From contig NC_135768.1 in assembly GCF_052425735.1 (NCBI RefSeq), positions 496,001 through 560,000 of the forward strand: a DNA stretch of 64,000 nt, given 5' to 3'. Position 1 is the first letter of the stretch, and every line of letters starts with the position of its first letter. Positions 13,501-25,658 of the stretch are shown piece after piece. The position numbers and the translations under genes were made by a program. The notes beneath the pieces are model-generated. The model was given only the letters and a program-made list of their open reading frames with translations, had not been told where the DNA came from and did not search any database. Origin of the DNA: Oculina patagonica (lineage: Eukaryota).

Positions 13501-14810
13501 AAGAATGTCACAGTTGATCATCCAAGGATTAATGTTCAAGCCTTGCATTGATGACACCTTGACGAAAGTCCTCGAAACGAGGGATACTATATTGTGCCAT
13601 ACCCGGCTTGCGAGGAATGCATACTGCAGACCCGCAGACTTGCAAAACGTTAACTGTATATCGTGTTACTATCAAAATTATAAAGAGCTAACCGAAAACA
13701 GGCTAACCGAAGATTTTTCAGGTCAGGCTAACCATAGAACTATCCAGGCTAAACAGAGTTCAAAGTCTGTATTTGCCGCACAACGTTCCACATTTACAGA
13801 CTTGAAAGGTGTGCATGTCTTATATCGTCTAGAATTTTGGTCAGTAAGTAAGTGCTGTTGGTGTGTTATAGCAAACAAACATAACGTAGAGTCGTAAAAA
13901 AATGAGCCCCTAATCTTTATGAACGTTTCTTTCTATTGCAAGTTTGCAATAGGTAGTTAGTTCTGAAGCTCAAAAAATAACTGTTGTACTCAAACGATAT
14001 GCGTGTGATAAGCTAAGCAATCTCACTTCGCAGATATTCTTCGAGCATTCTCTGAGGTTTGCAGATAAATTGATAATCATGAATTCCTGTTGTTTACTGC
14101 TGTGAAACGATGAACAACATTTTTAATTCGTTTTATCTTTCATATTTTCTTTCTCAGCTTCCTCTTAAGTATTGTTTTCGATGCACATTTTGTTATGCAT
14201 CGGCATGCTTAACAAAATGATCATGACGTTCTTTTACATTGCTTCTTCCAGATATTAACGTATCGTTGAAAGTACTACAAGGAATTAAAATGGTAAGTTC
14301 AGGGGCTAGGTAATCATTAGTTTTGATAATGATACTTATGTCGCTAGTGGGTACTAAGCATTTATTCACATCGACCGAACAGCCACAACTATCCAGTACC
14401 TTACACTTATATAGATCCATATAGCATGCACACGAGTTATTTCCTGACCGTTTGCTCATATCTTACATGAAAAACAAAACTAAATAAAAATGAAGCAGAA
14501 CTTACCTTGATCCAGAAGTTGCTCTCCACTGTTCGTTCATTTCTGATACTTTACAGTGATTCGTTGTATCGAAAATCTTCCAATGATTTAAAGATGAAAA
14601 TAATGTAATAGGAATAAACAAGAACTGAAGACGGCACTAAAGCATGTTTCACTGAAGCCGCATCTGGCCAAAGCTCTTCTTTTCCCCTTAGCGGATAGCG
14701 GACTTTACCAGTAAACCAAGTAAAGCATAAATTGGTGTTTAGTGAATTTGTTTTCCGCTATTAGGTCATCGGTTCTTTTAATTTAGCAGCTGGATACTTT
14801 GCAGGAATTA

Positions 14811-14986
14811 CAGTAGAATCCCGATTTCTCGACCCTCGGTTTCTCGAAACTCTCGAATTCTCGAGCCAACTTTCGATCCCCTTGGATAGTACTTCTCTGT
14901 AATTTTACCCTCGATTTCCGGAACCTCCCAATTTCTCGAAGCAATTTACATTTCTCCTGGAGATTCGAGAAATCGGAATTCTACTG
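14811..14986. mobile_element. TA-target MITE (TIR CAGTAGAATCCCGATTTCTCGA)
   Basis: TIRs at both ends; related copies at 15339-15510 and 32627-32786, partial ones near 10330-10420 and 17500-17940. Confidence 0.8.
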
Positions 14987-15338
14987 AAGTATGAAATACA
15001 ATTCGCTTCCTGCACGAACCAGCTTCTGAAAAGAATGTAACAAATCTTGATAAGTCAAGATTTAGTTCAAAATGTCAATTTAAGGAAAATGAAGATATGG
15101 AATACCAAAGGTTGATTCTTGATATGGGAAGTTTGACAGACTGCAAAACAGTCGTTATCTTTTATTTCTTAAAAAATCGTTCTTAAATCGCTTATATCGG
15201 AAGGCGCGAAGAGTCTCTTAGAATGCATGCATTCAGAATTTTAAAATGCCAACCTATAAAATACATGCAGGCAACTGCAGTTGTACACCATACAGGCGCT
15301 CTAGGAATGCAGACTTGTCATCTGGAAATTCAACATTA

Positions 15339-15510
15339 CAGTAGAATTCGGTAGAATCCCGATTTCTCGAAACCGCAGATTCTCGAACCAATTTTCGTTT
15401 CCCTTGGATATATTACTTCTTTGTAATTTTGTCGCCGATATCTCTAACCTTGCAATTTCTTGAAGTAATTTTCGTTTCTCCTGGAGGTTCGAGAAATCGG
15501 GATTCTACTG
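15339..15510. mobile_element. TA-target MITE, same family
   Basis: TA|CAGTAGAA...TTCTACTG|TA; absent from the paralogous position in unit B. Confidence 0.85.
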
Positions 15511-17601
15511 TATTTGAAATGTTGGAATTCTGTCTTCAATCTTGATGTGACATTAATTCTTAAAAATCTAAAATTATTCAAGATTTAAAAACCATAATAA
15601 TAACAGAAGATAGATTCGTTTAATAATAAAAGGGGGCTTTTGAGCAGTCATAAAAATTGAAGTACAGAGAATATTTATTTCGCGACTAATAGAATTTTTT
15701 ATGTTTTCTTCCTTTCCGGTTTATCTAACAAGCCGTTATCACGTGTAGAGTTGTTATGTAACAATGGCTGTAATAATAGCAGGACACGTGGGGGCATGGC
15801 TGCGGGGTCTGGGTATTCAATGTATTGATCCCCCCACCAGGAGGTGGATGCAAAACTCTTGACCTTGCTACGAAGTAGCCATTCATTGATGCTTTCTTCA
15901 GCGGAGGATGCTTTTTTTCGGGCAAAAAATGACATCATTTCCATGTTTCAGTCTTATCTTATGCTGACCATCACAATGCAACTTTTTTACGACCTCCTAT
16001 GGCGGTTTGGATGATTTTTTTTGTCACTTTTTCGCTACCATTGTTGTTAATTAATATTATTCGAATCGGACAAGCAGAAGTGTTAGTTTAGCAATGCTTT
16101 CCTTCTGTTCCTTTAAAGCAGCACGTAACATATATTTCTCATCGTGAACCGTTTTTCAGTTATCGGACAGAAAACGATTGTGTTTGTTCAAACACGAGAC
16201 ATGGGACGCGATTTGAAACCACTTTCAAGTGTCTGTGTTTTACCATGCGAGTGAAAACTAACCTTTTATATATGACCGTGCCATTCAAATGAAAATTATG
16301 CTAACTAATTTGTTATGCTTTAATTGGTTGTTGTCTGACTAAAGCTTTTGAGAAATACCCTTCGATCAGTATTGTACTCTTTTATTTGCTGATATCTTTC
16401 TAGTGAAATATTTAGGATAACTTTACACTGTTGAACCTCGTCACTCTTAAAAGTTGAAAGGTTAGACAATATCTACATTTCTCCAGCGTCCAATTACCAA
16501 TATCACTAACAAGTGATTGCGTTGTATACATATTTATCTATGCAGTAAGGTTTTCTCCTAGAATTTAAGTGTAGATATTTTTAACTTTATGTAGCTTAGA
16601 TATGTAAGTAGTGTCCCCATTTAGATTTTATAAGCTAAATACTACTGACACTATAATAAAGTCTTTCATTCATTCATACAACGGGAATCGTAAATTGTTG
16701 CATTCAAAAAATATTATCTTCAAACACGGAACTAAAGCTTTACCATTTTTAAACTGCCAAGTCCTTTTGCAAAGGAAAGGGAAAAAATAAAGTCTGTGCC
16801 GCAATGCTAGAAGCAACATGTCGAGTTTCAGTCGTTTTGTGGAAGAACTGACAAATGAGCATACAGTACTGAGTGGTTGGGGAAAACACGAATTGCTGAA
16901 TCTTTAAACAAGATATTGGACTTACTTTGGTGTAAACTAACGTATCTTATTCAGAAATTGTTTCATCAGACAGGTCCTTAACTCCTTTCTGAGCTTATTG
17001 CGTCTACTGGAATTAACCCCATATGGATGATACGCTTAGAGTCCGACGCATGCAGGTCACCGTTCAATATTTTTTTAAGGTTCCCCGTTAAATTCAGCAG
17101 CACCCCTTTATTGACACTCTGGCGCAGAGACCGAGCACAGTGAAAGTAAAGTGTTGTGTCGAAGAACACAGCACGAGAATAACACTGATCCATTCCTATA
17201 ACATCAAGGTTCGCATCACAAATTAGCAGAATGGCTCAGGGTAAACTGTAACATCCCGTGTCGCGTTTAAATTGTCTAATAACAAGCAGGGAGCTATGAG
17301 TATAGCTTGATTTGGGGTTGCAGGAATATAATTTATCGGCTTAATGTTAATAATGATGAAGTTGAAATGCAGTAAAAGACGTTGAATTCGTGGCAATCAC
17401 AGATGTTCGAATTTAGCGGTCGAATATTAACATTAAATAGGTTACATCGTAAAGATAACTAGTGCCCCTATTATTGATTACACGATCAGTGGTCAGGAAT
17501 CTTGATTTCTCTAACCCCCCCAGGAATCGAACCAAAAGTCGTTTTCTTTGAATTTGCTTCACTCAGTCCATCACTACAATTTTACCCCCGACTCCTCGAA
17601 C

Positions 17602-17871
17602 CAGGCCCGTAACTAGCAAGAGGCAAGACGAGGCATTTGCCTCGTCTAAATTTGTACCCAAAATTAAAAACAAAATATGTTTTGTTGTGAAAATAATCCC
17701 CAGATAAACAGGATAGATTTTTCTCAAGAAATACCTTATGAAAAATGTCTCTGAAAGAGATTAATAGCTTCTAGAATTCAAAATTTTCTGGAAGGCATGC
17801 CCCCAGAACCCACTAGCAAGATTTTGCTCGAATCTTGCCTCGTCTATGGCAAAGGTCTGGTTACGGCCCTG
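17602..17871. mobile_element. CAGG-terminus MITE (hAT/P-like) nested in an older MITE
   Basis: TIR CAGGCCCGTAACTAG / CTGGTTACGGCCCTG; 7-bp TSD CTCGAAC. Confidence 0.8.
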
Positions 17872-20689
17872 CTCGAACTCTAAATATCTCAGACCTGTTT
17901 TTGTTTCCCTTTGGGGTTCGAGAAATTGGAATCGCTTTGTTATGTATCGACTTATTGAACTATTGAACTATATATTTATGCAAGCGACTCGATAGTACTA
18001 AAGGTAAAGCATGGTTAATTTTGAGCTCATTTGAAATAAAGAGGATAGGGTTCATCTGACCAAGAATACTGTGTGTATTGCATAAAATATGTGTGAGTCT
18101 GATAATCATACTTCGCAAAATAAATGACCATTTCACTACGGAAAGGAAAGTTATGCTTGGAAAGCTTAGCCGCCCAATTTTAAATCTTTGTTGCATTTTT
18201 TATATAAACAGGTTAGGTTAGGCATTAGCAGAATCCTTTCAAATGGAACAACAAGTCTATATTTCAGTTGAATGAATGGGAACATTGAAGTACCTACGGA
18301 ATAAGACAACGTTGAATAAAAGTATATCAGCAATTACACAGAAAGATTACATTACAGAAATTAATGACAGTATTCTTTGGACTTGATTTTTTTAAAACTC
18401 TTGTGCCATTCAATCGAGAACTCGGCCTAAAGGTTGCAGTTCAGATGTTTTTCGCATATTGAATTTCCAGAGGACACACATGCACGGAAGGAATCGGTGC
18501 ATTGTGCAGGCCTCAGATTTTTGCTTTTGGAAATGAATTGCTCATGCGTTTGTCTGATCATATATACCTGTTTGACTGCAGTGAACCTTTCTATAATGAA
18601 TCGCTGGCCGGGTTCTTTAGAATTTCATAATTCCGACTGAAAACTGTAGCCGAATGTAGAAACTGCTTGCAAAGCCTTTTCGTTGCTGTGAGGCAATTTA
18701 ACGCTAAGTACTATTCTGCGAGTATTTTCCCACCTCCAGTGTTGTTGAACATAAATTTAGTCTTTGTGTATTGATGATGAAACTTCAAAACGACGGGATC
18801 GCTCGAAAATATGGACTTTATTGTGTATACCTACGGGCGGGAAAGGTGTCCATGGCTAGATTTTGGTGTCCTGCGAACACAAGATTGACGTAAAGAGTTG
18901 ATAACAAATGATTTCCTCTATCTTTAGGAAATGTCCTTTCTAGGGCGAGCATTGATTACTCACGGGGCCTTAAAAGTGGAAATTTAAGCAAAAGAATTGA
19001 AATGTTGTTTTTTGTTTAGCTATATCGTTTAAAGCCTTGATCTATTCAGATTCAATAGCTGAATATTTAAGTGGCAACCTTCGTACCTAAAACGATAATT
19101 TATCTCTCCAAAAACAACAGGATTTATACTATATTTCCCACATTACGAACGTTCTAGGTGACATTTTGCTTTTGAAAGTTAGTTTTTTAATCCGAATGTC
19201 TGAGACAACTATAGACGTTCCAAACAGGCATTGACCTAAACGATCCGGCGCGTTGGATGCTCTTGCTACAATTTGCTAACTCAGCTGTGCATGTGTCAGC
19301 AAGACAGTCTAAAACTGTTGCTGCTTTTGGAGACCCCTTCGAGGTTTGCAGATGACGCCGCGTCGGTGATCATGAAGCCCTATGATTGCGGTGTGTTATA
19401 TTTTCCTTGGCAATGTGCAACTTAATAAAAAACCTTCTTGAGTAATTGTTCGCTTCATCTTTTGTGATTTCCATTTACCTCTTTCGGTCTAGTACTGCTT
19501 TCGATGGACATTTCGTTATGGATATCGTCATGCTCAAAGTATTGTCGGTATGCTCTAAAACATTGTTTTATCGGAACATTAACCTATTCCCTGAAACTCG
19601 AACAATGGCGAATTGAGAGGCAATTCATTGATAAAAACCTCATTACGAAACGATTCAAAAATCCCCAAAACTACAGCTTCTATAAAACGGGTGAGTCGTC
19701 GCTTCTGGACAAATTTGCTTTGCATTTCAACGATTGCATGATCTTCAGTTCTTAGAAATAAAAAGGCGATTGACGCCCCGATCGCGAATACCCTCAGAGT
19801 GCTGATGTCTCGAACGCGTGTCGAGTCACTCAAGGATGTATGAACGGCACTCTTCTTTGCAAGCACGATAGAATGAAACACCAAATGCGGCTCCTAAACA
19901 TAAAGTCATACGCAGTAGTCATAGTAACTTAGTAAAACAAGAAATGGTTTAATTTGCATGTTAAGTACCACAATTAACATCGACTGAGTAGTATAACGTA
20001 CAGAGTAGCTTTGCTTTCTCCAGGGGTAATAACAATTATCATAAAAATAAGCAGAGCCTACCTTGTCCTTTAGATCTCCCTCCACCATCCTTTCAATTCT
20101 CTCTTCTTTTGTAATACGTTGCTTTATGTCCAAGCTATCTACCACTCTACCACTGAGCTACAAAGACCCGTGGACGTTAGGCCACATAACCGAAGACCAA
20201 GACCTGCAGAATAACGTACATTGTCTCAAATTGCATCCGGGCCCAAGCATTCCTGTTCATGAACTTTGCAAACAGCACACAGTAAAATCCCATAAATTAG
20301 ACTGAAAACTAAGGGCACTTCACAATGCCAAATATATGAACTTGCAAAGGGATCCTGTGTCATGATTGGTTAATGCTAAGTGAAGAGACAAAGTACTTCC
20401 CAAGTTTAAGAGAACAGGTCATATTTTAATCCAATTGCGGGTTACGCGCAGTAAGTTATGCATGAAAGTTCAGTTGGCCACTAACGGAAGATTTACCATT
20501 TGGAAACTCAAAACAACTTGGTGTCCCAAAAAAAATGTCAGAAATATAACACAAACAGCGGTGAAACATTATGAAAAATCGCATTTTACTAAACTTGACG
20601 TTTCGTATGCTAAGCTACATACATTTTCAAAAGTATGACCGTTCAAATTTTGGCAACTATTTATATATTGTTATGAAAAGGGTCTGGAA

Positions 20690-21800
20690 CCTAGACTGAG
20701 ACAATTGATCTTCAGCAGTAACTTAATATTTACATTTCAGTTAATAAAGTAACAACCTCTCACTGCCGACATTGGCATTTAAAGAAGGTTGTAGTTCTTG
20801 AATGTATAAGGTCTCCTTAATTTTGCAGTGGAAGTCAGTTTTGCCTGACGCAAGGATTTCAAAATGATCCCATTTGATGTTATGGCCTGTGGTTTTTATG
20901 TGATCAGCAATAGCTGATGGATGGTCGCATTTACTGAGGGCCTTAAAGTGTTCAGTTTTTCTGTCATGAAACTGTCGTAACAGGGGTGTCTGGCTTGTTT
21001 TTATGTCTGTTCAAAACATCGTTAACGTTGTACGTGATAATGCCTTGAGGGTAACCATTTTGCAGCAAGGGCTTCCTGAGATCTTTAAAGGCGGATTGTA
21101 ATAATGAGGCAGAGGAACAGATTCGGAAACAACGGTAGGTAAGTGTGCGGATAAGATTAATTTTTTATTTTCGAGGTGTAAATGAATCCCACTTGGTGTA
21201 GAGGCCGGTGAAAGTCTTCTTCCGGTAGACAGAGGTCATGAAAGTGTTGTCGGGGCAACGTTTCACAAGAATGTCTAAAAAAGGAATCTCATTTTCTTGT
21301 TCCAATTCAATAGTGAACTTGATACTGTTGTGCCTACTGTTTAGATACCGCAAAAACTTATTAGCAGTGTCTTTACTGTCAAACATGGTGAAGGTGTCAT
21401 CCACATATCTATACCAACAAGAAGGACGAACTCTGGCGTTTAAAACCCACTTTTCCTCAAAGTGGCACATGAAGATGTTAGCCAAAACTGGGCCCAAAGG
21501 CAACCCCATGGCTACACCATCAATTTGGTCGTAGTACTGGCCATCAAAGAGGAAATGGCTCTACTTAGTGGCGAACTTCAACAATTTCTGTAGAACAGGA
21601 CGGGGCAATGTCGGTGGATCAGGAAGAGAATACAATTTTTCGAGACAAATATGTATTGTTTCATCAAGTGGCACATTTGTAAAAAGAGAACTGTGTATCC
21701 GACTTCTACTCTTTCGTCAACCTCAAGATCATTTTTCAGAACACACACCGCATCAAATCCTTCTTTTCGTTCAAAGACCGCCTCAACCGTTCTCAACGAT
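20690..21800 (-). mobile_element. Penelope-like retroelement fragment (RT plus GIY-YIG C-terminus), internally deleted
   Basis: DGVAMGLPLGPVLANIFM, RYVDDTF, FLDILV, SVYRKKTFTG; SAIADHIKTTGHNIKWDHFEILA..KIKETLYIQELQPSLN. Confidence 0.92.
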
Positions 21801-22186
21801 CTAAGGTCATCTACAAAGCTAGCTGCTGGGACTGTGACGATGTTTACATAGGAAAAACAAAACGACGACTTCATGACAAGGAATGTGCACGTGACAAATC
21901 TTGATAAGTCAAGATCTAGTTCAAAATGTCAAATTAAGGAAAATAAAGTTATGGAATATCAATAGCTGATTCTTGATATGGGAAAACTTGAAACAAACTG
22001 CAAAACAGTCTGTTTCTCTTTCTCAAAAATCGTTCTAAAATCGCTTTTCGGAGGGCGAGAAGAGCCTCTTAGAATGCATTCAAAATTTTGGAATGTCAAC
22101 CTTGAAACATGCAACTGTGGTACTCCATACAGGCCCTCAAGGAACGCAACCGGCCTTGTAATCTGGAAACTTCAAAGTCATTTGTT

Positions 22187-24036
22187 AACACATAATCCTC
22201 TTCGCGCCTAGGAGGCACATAAGGCTGAGACCAGAGATTTCCATTGCTCCCTTTCCATGGCTGCCCTCCCAAGTTCTTTCCACGTCTTCCCTGCTGTTTT
22301 CATTTCTGCCTCGATCGTCGTCCTCCAAGTCTCTCGTGGACGTCCTTTCTTCCTTCTTCCACTATCCGGTGTCCATCTTAATGCAGTTCGTGTTATGCTA
22401 TCTCGGCCTTCCCTGATAACATGCTTAAACACGAAGGCGCGCTATAAAAGCAAGCTTCCCAGGGAAGCCAAGGGCTCATTTGTCAATCAAACTCGCCAGC
22501 GTACGGACGTGAAGGAATCTCACCGTAAGAGATAGCACTCGACAAACAAATTTATGTGTACATTTTCTGTAAAGGCTCTTCATATATCCATAAAATTATT
22601 TTAAGAACAAATTGGAAAATATTTAAGCTTGCTCAGTTCGATCTTTTTACTTGAATTCTACGAATTGTCAAATAAACGGCACGAAGTAAGCAACTTGACT
22701 TCCTTTGGCGAAAGTCATGTTCCACAAATATCTATCACCTTTGAACATCAAATTCGAGGTGGCATCCGAATTTCAAGGCTAAGTTGTAGCGATCTTTTTA
22801 TTTTACCCGCAGGAGTAAGCAAAGTTACTGGGATAAAGACCTAAACAGTATAACATCGTATCACTATTGTGAAGCGATTTGCAGCTAAAACCTCCACCAG
22901 ACATATAAAGATAAACAATTTGAGAAACACTGTGCATAAAATATACTCTGCAGTATGAAATCGAAGTGGTTTATGTTACTGTACCTTGATCGCGTGTCTA
23001 GAAATCCACCGAAATGAAACACCGCCTGTGTAATTCAGACTATAGACGGTCAATGAGGAGTTGCAAATGTCAGCCAAATAAAATGCACATTCAACACATA
23101 AAGTTCCATTACTTTTATTACGTTTCCACTGTATCGCGACATTAGAGTCTCATTATAGACCAAATAAAATAATGTATGAAGGTTTTGCTTGAATAACTGA
23201 GTCCAATATCCCGGTGATCGTCTCTCCATCGGCCAAAACACAACCAGGTCCACAAGTCAAATGATATTCTCGCAAGAACTTCGCCCCGGAGCTTCGCATG
23301 GCGTTCATCATGTATACGTATGCGTGATGTACAACAAGGCATCTGTTCGAATCTTTCGGGTTTTTCTCTGAAGAATCAGCCGAAAAAATATCAAGTATTG
23401 AAGCTGAATTGACTATCAACTTGAAAATTAAAAGGTAAGAACCAGCAATGTACGCAAAACGGTTCAATCTAACACAGAAGTTGACTTTCTAATATCGCGC
23501 AACATCCGCCATGAAGCAAACAGTCATCCTTTCACAATGGATTTTACTCGTTTGTTAACCATTAAACCACGGGATGAGCATGTTACAATAAGAAAGACCA
23601 CAAGCCATTCATTTTGAAGGCTCAAGAAGGGGCATCTCAGCCGAGAGGAATCTGTGCGCTATTGTACAGCATCGCGCCAATGGAGGGAGCCGTTACAGGC
23701 GCAAAATTCAAATTCGGTGAGCCAAAATCTTGCATATGCGCTACAGAAGAGACATCACTGATGCTTTCTTGGTTTTATTTCGCAAAAGTGAGTATTTTTC
23801 AGTCAAATTAAAGAGTCTAAGGTAGGATTCGACTTTTATTTTGGATCAACGACTTTTCCCCTTCTTGCTTGCATGGTCCGCCATATTTGATTTAGCCATG
23901 GAAGCAGGGATCGCGTGACAAAGGGGGAGGAGCTTTACTCCTTTTATAGCGCGCCTTCGTGTTTAAGCCACCTCCATCTTCTTTGCTTTATTACCATGGT
24001 GATGTCCCGTTGTCCTGTCCTTTGATAGAGTTCCTT
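22187..24036 (-). mobile_element. 5'-truncated RTE-clade LINE, split by a later insertion
   Basis: ELYQRTGQRDITMVIKQRRWRWL|KHVIREGRDSITRTALRWTPDSGRRKKGRPRETW; 10-bp TSD GTCATTTGTT at 22177-86 and 24037-46. Confidence 0.88.
22429..23962. mobile_element. 1.5 kb non-autonomous DNA transposon with TTAA TSD
   Basis: Perfect 22-bp TIR ACACGAAGGCGCGCTATAAAAG, flanked by TTAA; removing it restores the RTE frame (WLKHVI). Confidence 0.9.
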
Positions 24037-25101
24037 GTCATTTGTTGGAATTCCGTAAATGTTGGAATCCCGTCTTCAGATTTGGCAACTAGAACAATAA
24101 CACAAGATAGATTCGCTGAACAATGAATTTTAACTTCATAAAAAAACAAAGGGACTTTTGAGCAGTCATACAAATTGACGCAGTGACAACATTTCCGTCG
24201 GCCCGATAGAAGAATTCTTGTGTCAGTCTTGTCTGATAATGACCATTACAGTGCAGCTTGTTTACGACCTGCTATAGTTGTTGAAAGTTAACGTCTATTT
24301 CCAAAAAATTCCGAGTATTCCCCAGGCATGATTTCTGAAAGTTTTAAGGTCAATGCGAACGTCTCGGCCGAACGTTTCAAAGATTTCTAAAGATGGCCGA
24401 GAAGCCTGGCACTCGAAGCGTTTCAGTCTATTTCTGATACCGACATGTTTAAGCTCATTTCACTAATGTGTGTCGATAATTATGCTGTTAAACAGGTGTT
24501 TCAGTTAATTACAAAAAACATTTCGCCACGAAAAAAAAGTCTCGTTAATTTTTTTCCCAATGTAGCGCAGTTGAGATATTTGTTGTTTATATTAGATTCA
24601 TTGAGATTCTGACACGATTCTTGATCGATATAAATCGGTGCCACGTATCATTGCAACAAACAATAATTAAAACCTAATTTCATTTGTTCTTTCCAAAAAC
24701 TAAAAAAGTCAACGCAGCGTTTAAAACTAGATATGTATAGCAAAAAATTCAAACATCGACTTCAATAGAAATGTGTGTATTAAAATTCTTGACCTTCGAG
24801 TAAAAGATTTTAAAATAATTCTGTTTTTCTGTATCGTGCAACGGGCTGGGGAGTTTCTTTAAATGCAATCACAAGAAATGGAACATATAACTATTTAATA
24901 AGTAGTGTTCGGTAATGTAATATATGCATGTAATCATGCTAAACAATTAAAATGTTTTAAATCCAGACCTTAGATTTGTTTTTCACTTCTTTAGGAAGTC
25001 AAGTCATTGTTTTTTCGTCCATTAGGCATGATTAGGTGGCCGCAGGTGAAGAGTTTGAAAAGGAAGTTTGAACACGCATTAGTTTAAAATTTTGTTAAAT
25101 C

Positions 25102-25513
25102 CCGGGGGGAGACGTGCTTAGAAAAGTTTGGGTGGGGGTTCCTCACTGGGGTCTGGGAACTCCTACTACTCCGTCTTAGACAAAAAGGCTTAAAATCGAT
25201 ACTCCATCTTAGACTTAGGAGTAAAATTGTACACCCCATCTCAGACCGGAAATGAAGAGGATGTTTTGATTTCTAGTTTTCTTCACAATACTACAACATC
25301 CACTATTTATTTTTACACAATTGAAAACGACCTGATTTGGGTAAGCAGAAAGTTATAAATTTGACATAATTTTTCCCATCAGCGACCTTACCTCAGACTA
25401 AAAGGCCAAAGTTGGAAACCCATCACGGACCTGAAAGGTCAAAAATAGGATCCTATCCAGTGGCACATACCCGTGTATCGAAAAGAAGGCAGTATCGCCC
25501 CCCCCCCCCCCGG
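25102..25513. mobile_element. CCGGGGGG-terminus MITE with 9-bp TSD (Mutator-like)
   Basis: TSD TGTTAAATC at 25093-25101 and 25514-25522; G-run/C-run termini. Confidence 0.75.
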
Positions 25514-25658
25514 TGTTAAATCCACACCCTTGACTTGTTGTTCACTTCTTTCGAAGTCTAGTCATTGTTTTATCGTTTATTAGGCGGCCGCAGGTAAAAA
25601 GTGTGTAGAAGAGAGTAGTTCGCGCACGCATCTGTTCTGAGAAGAAGCTTTAAGAAAG

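Larger units (their letters stand above)
8969..16000. repeat. Tandem segmental duplication, unit A
   Basis: 8969-13170 aligns by eye with 16053-20546. 15040-16000 aligns with 21890-22190 plus 24040-24275. Confidence 0.9.
9750..16000 (-). pseudogene. Decayed multi-exon gene of unknown family (copy A)
   Basis: Conserved donors (WIK|gtaag near 14505; WIK|gtagg near 12686), an acceptor ttgtag|YFQRYVNI, and peptide motifs shared with copy B amid stops and frameshifts. Confidence 0.55.
16053..24275. repeat. Tandem segmental duplication, unit B (expanded by TE insertions), carrying copy B of the decayed gene
   Basis: Co-linear similarity to unit A, interrupted by Penelope, RTE and TTAA elements. 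Confidence 0.88.

Noticed and set aside
13364-13897. 177-aa plus-strand ORF
   Set aside because: No recognisable motif; lies antisense within the decayed minus-strand gene region
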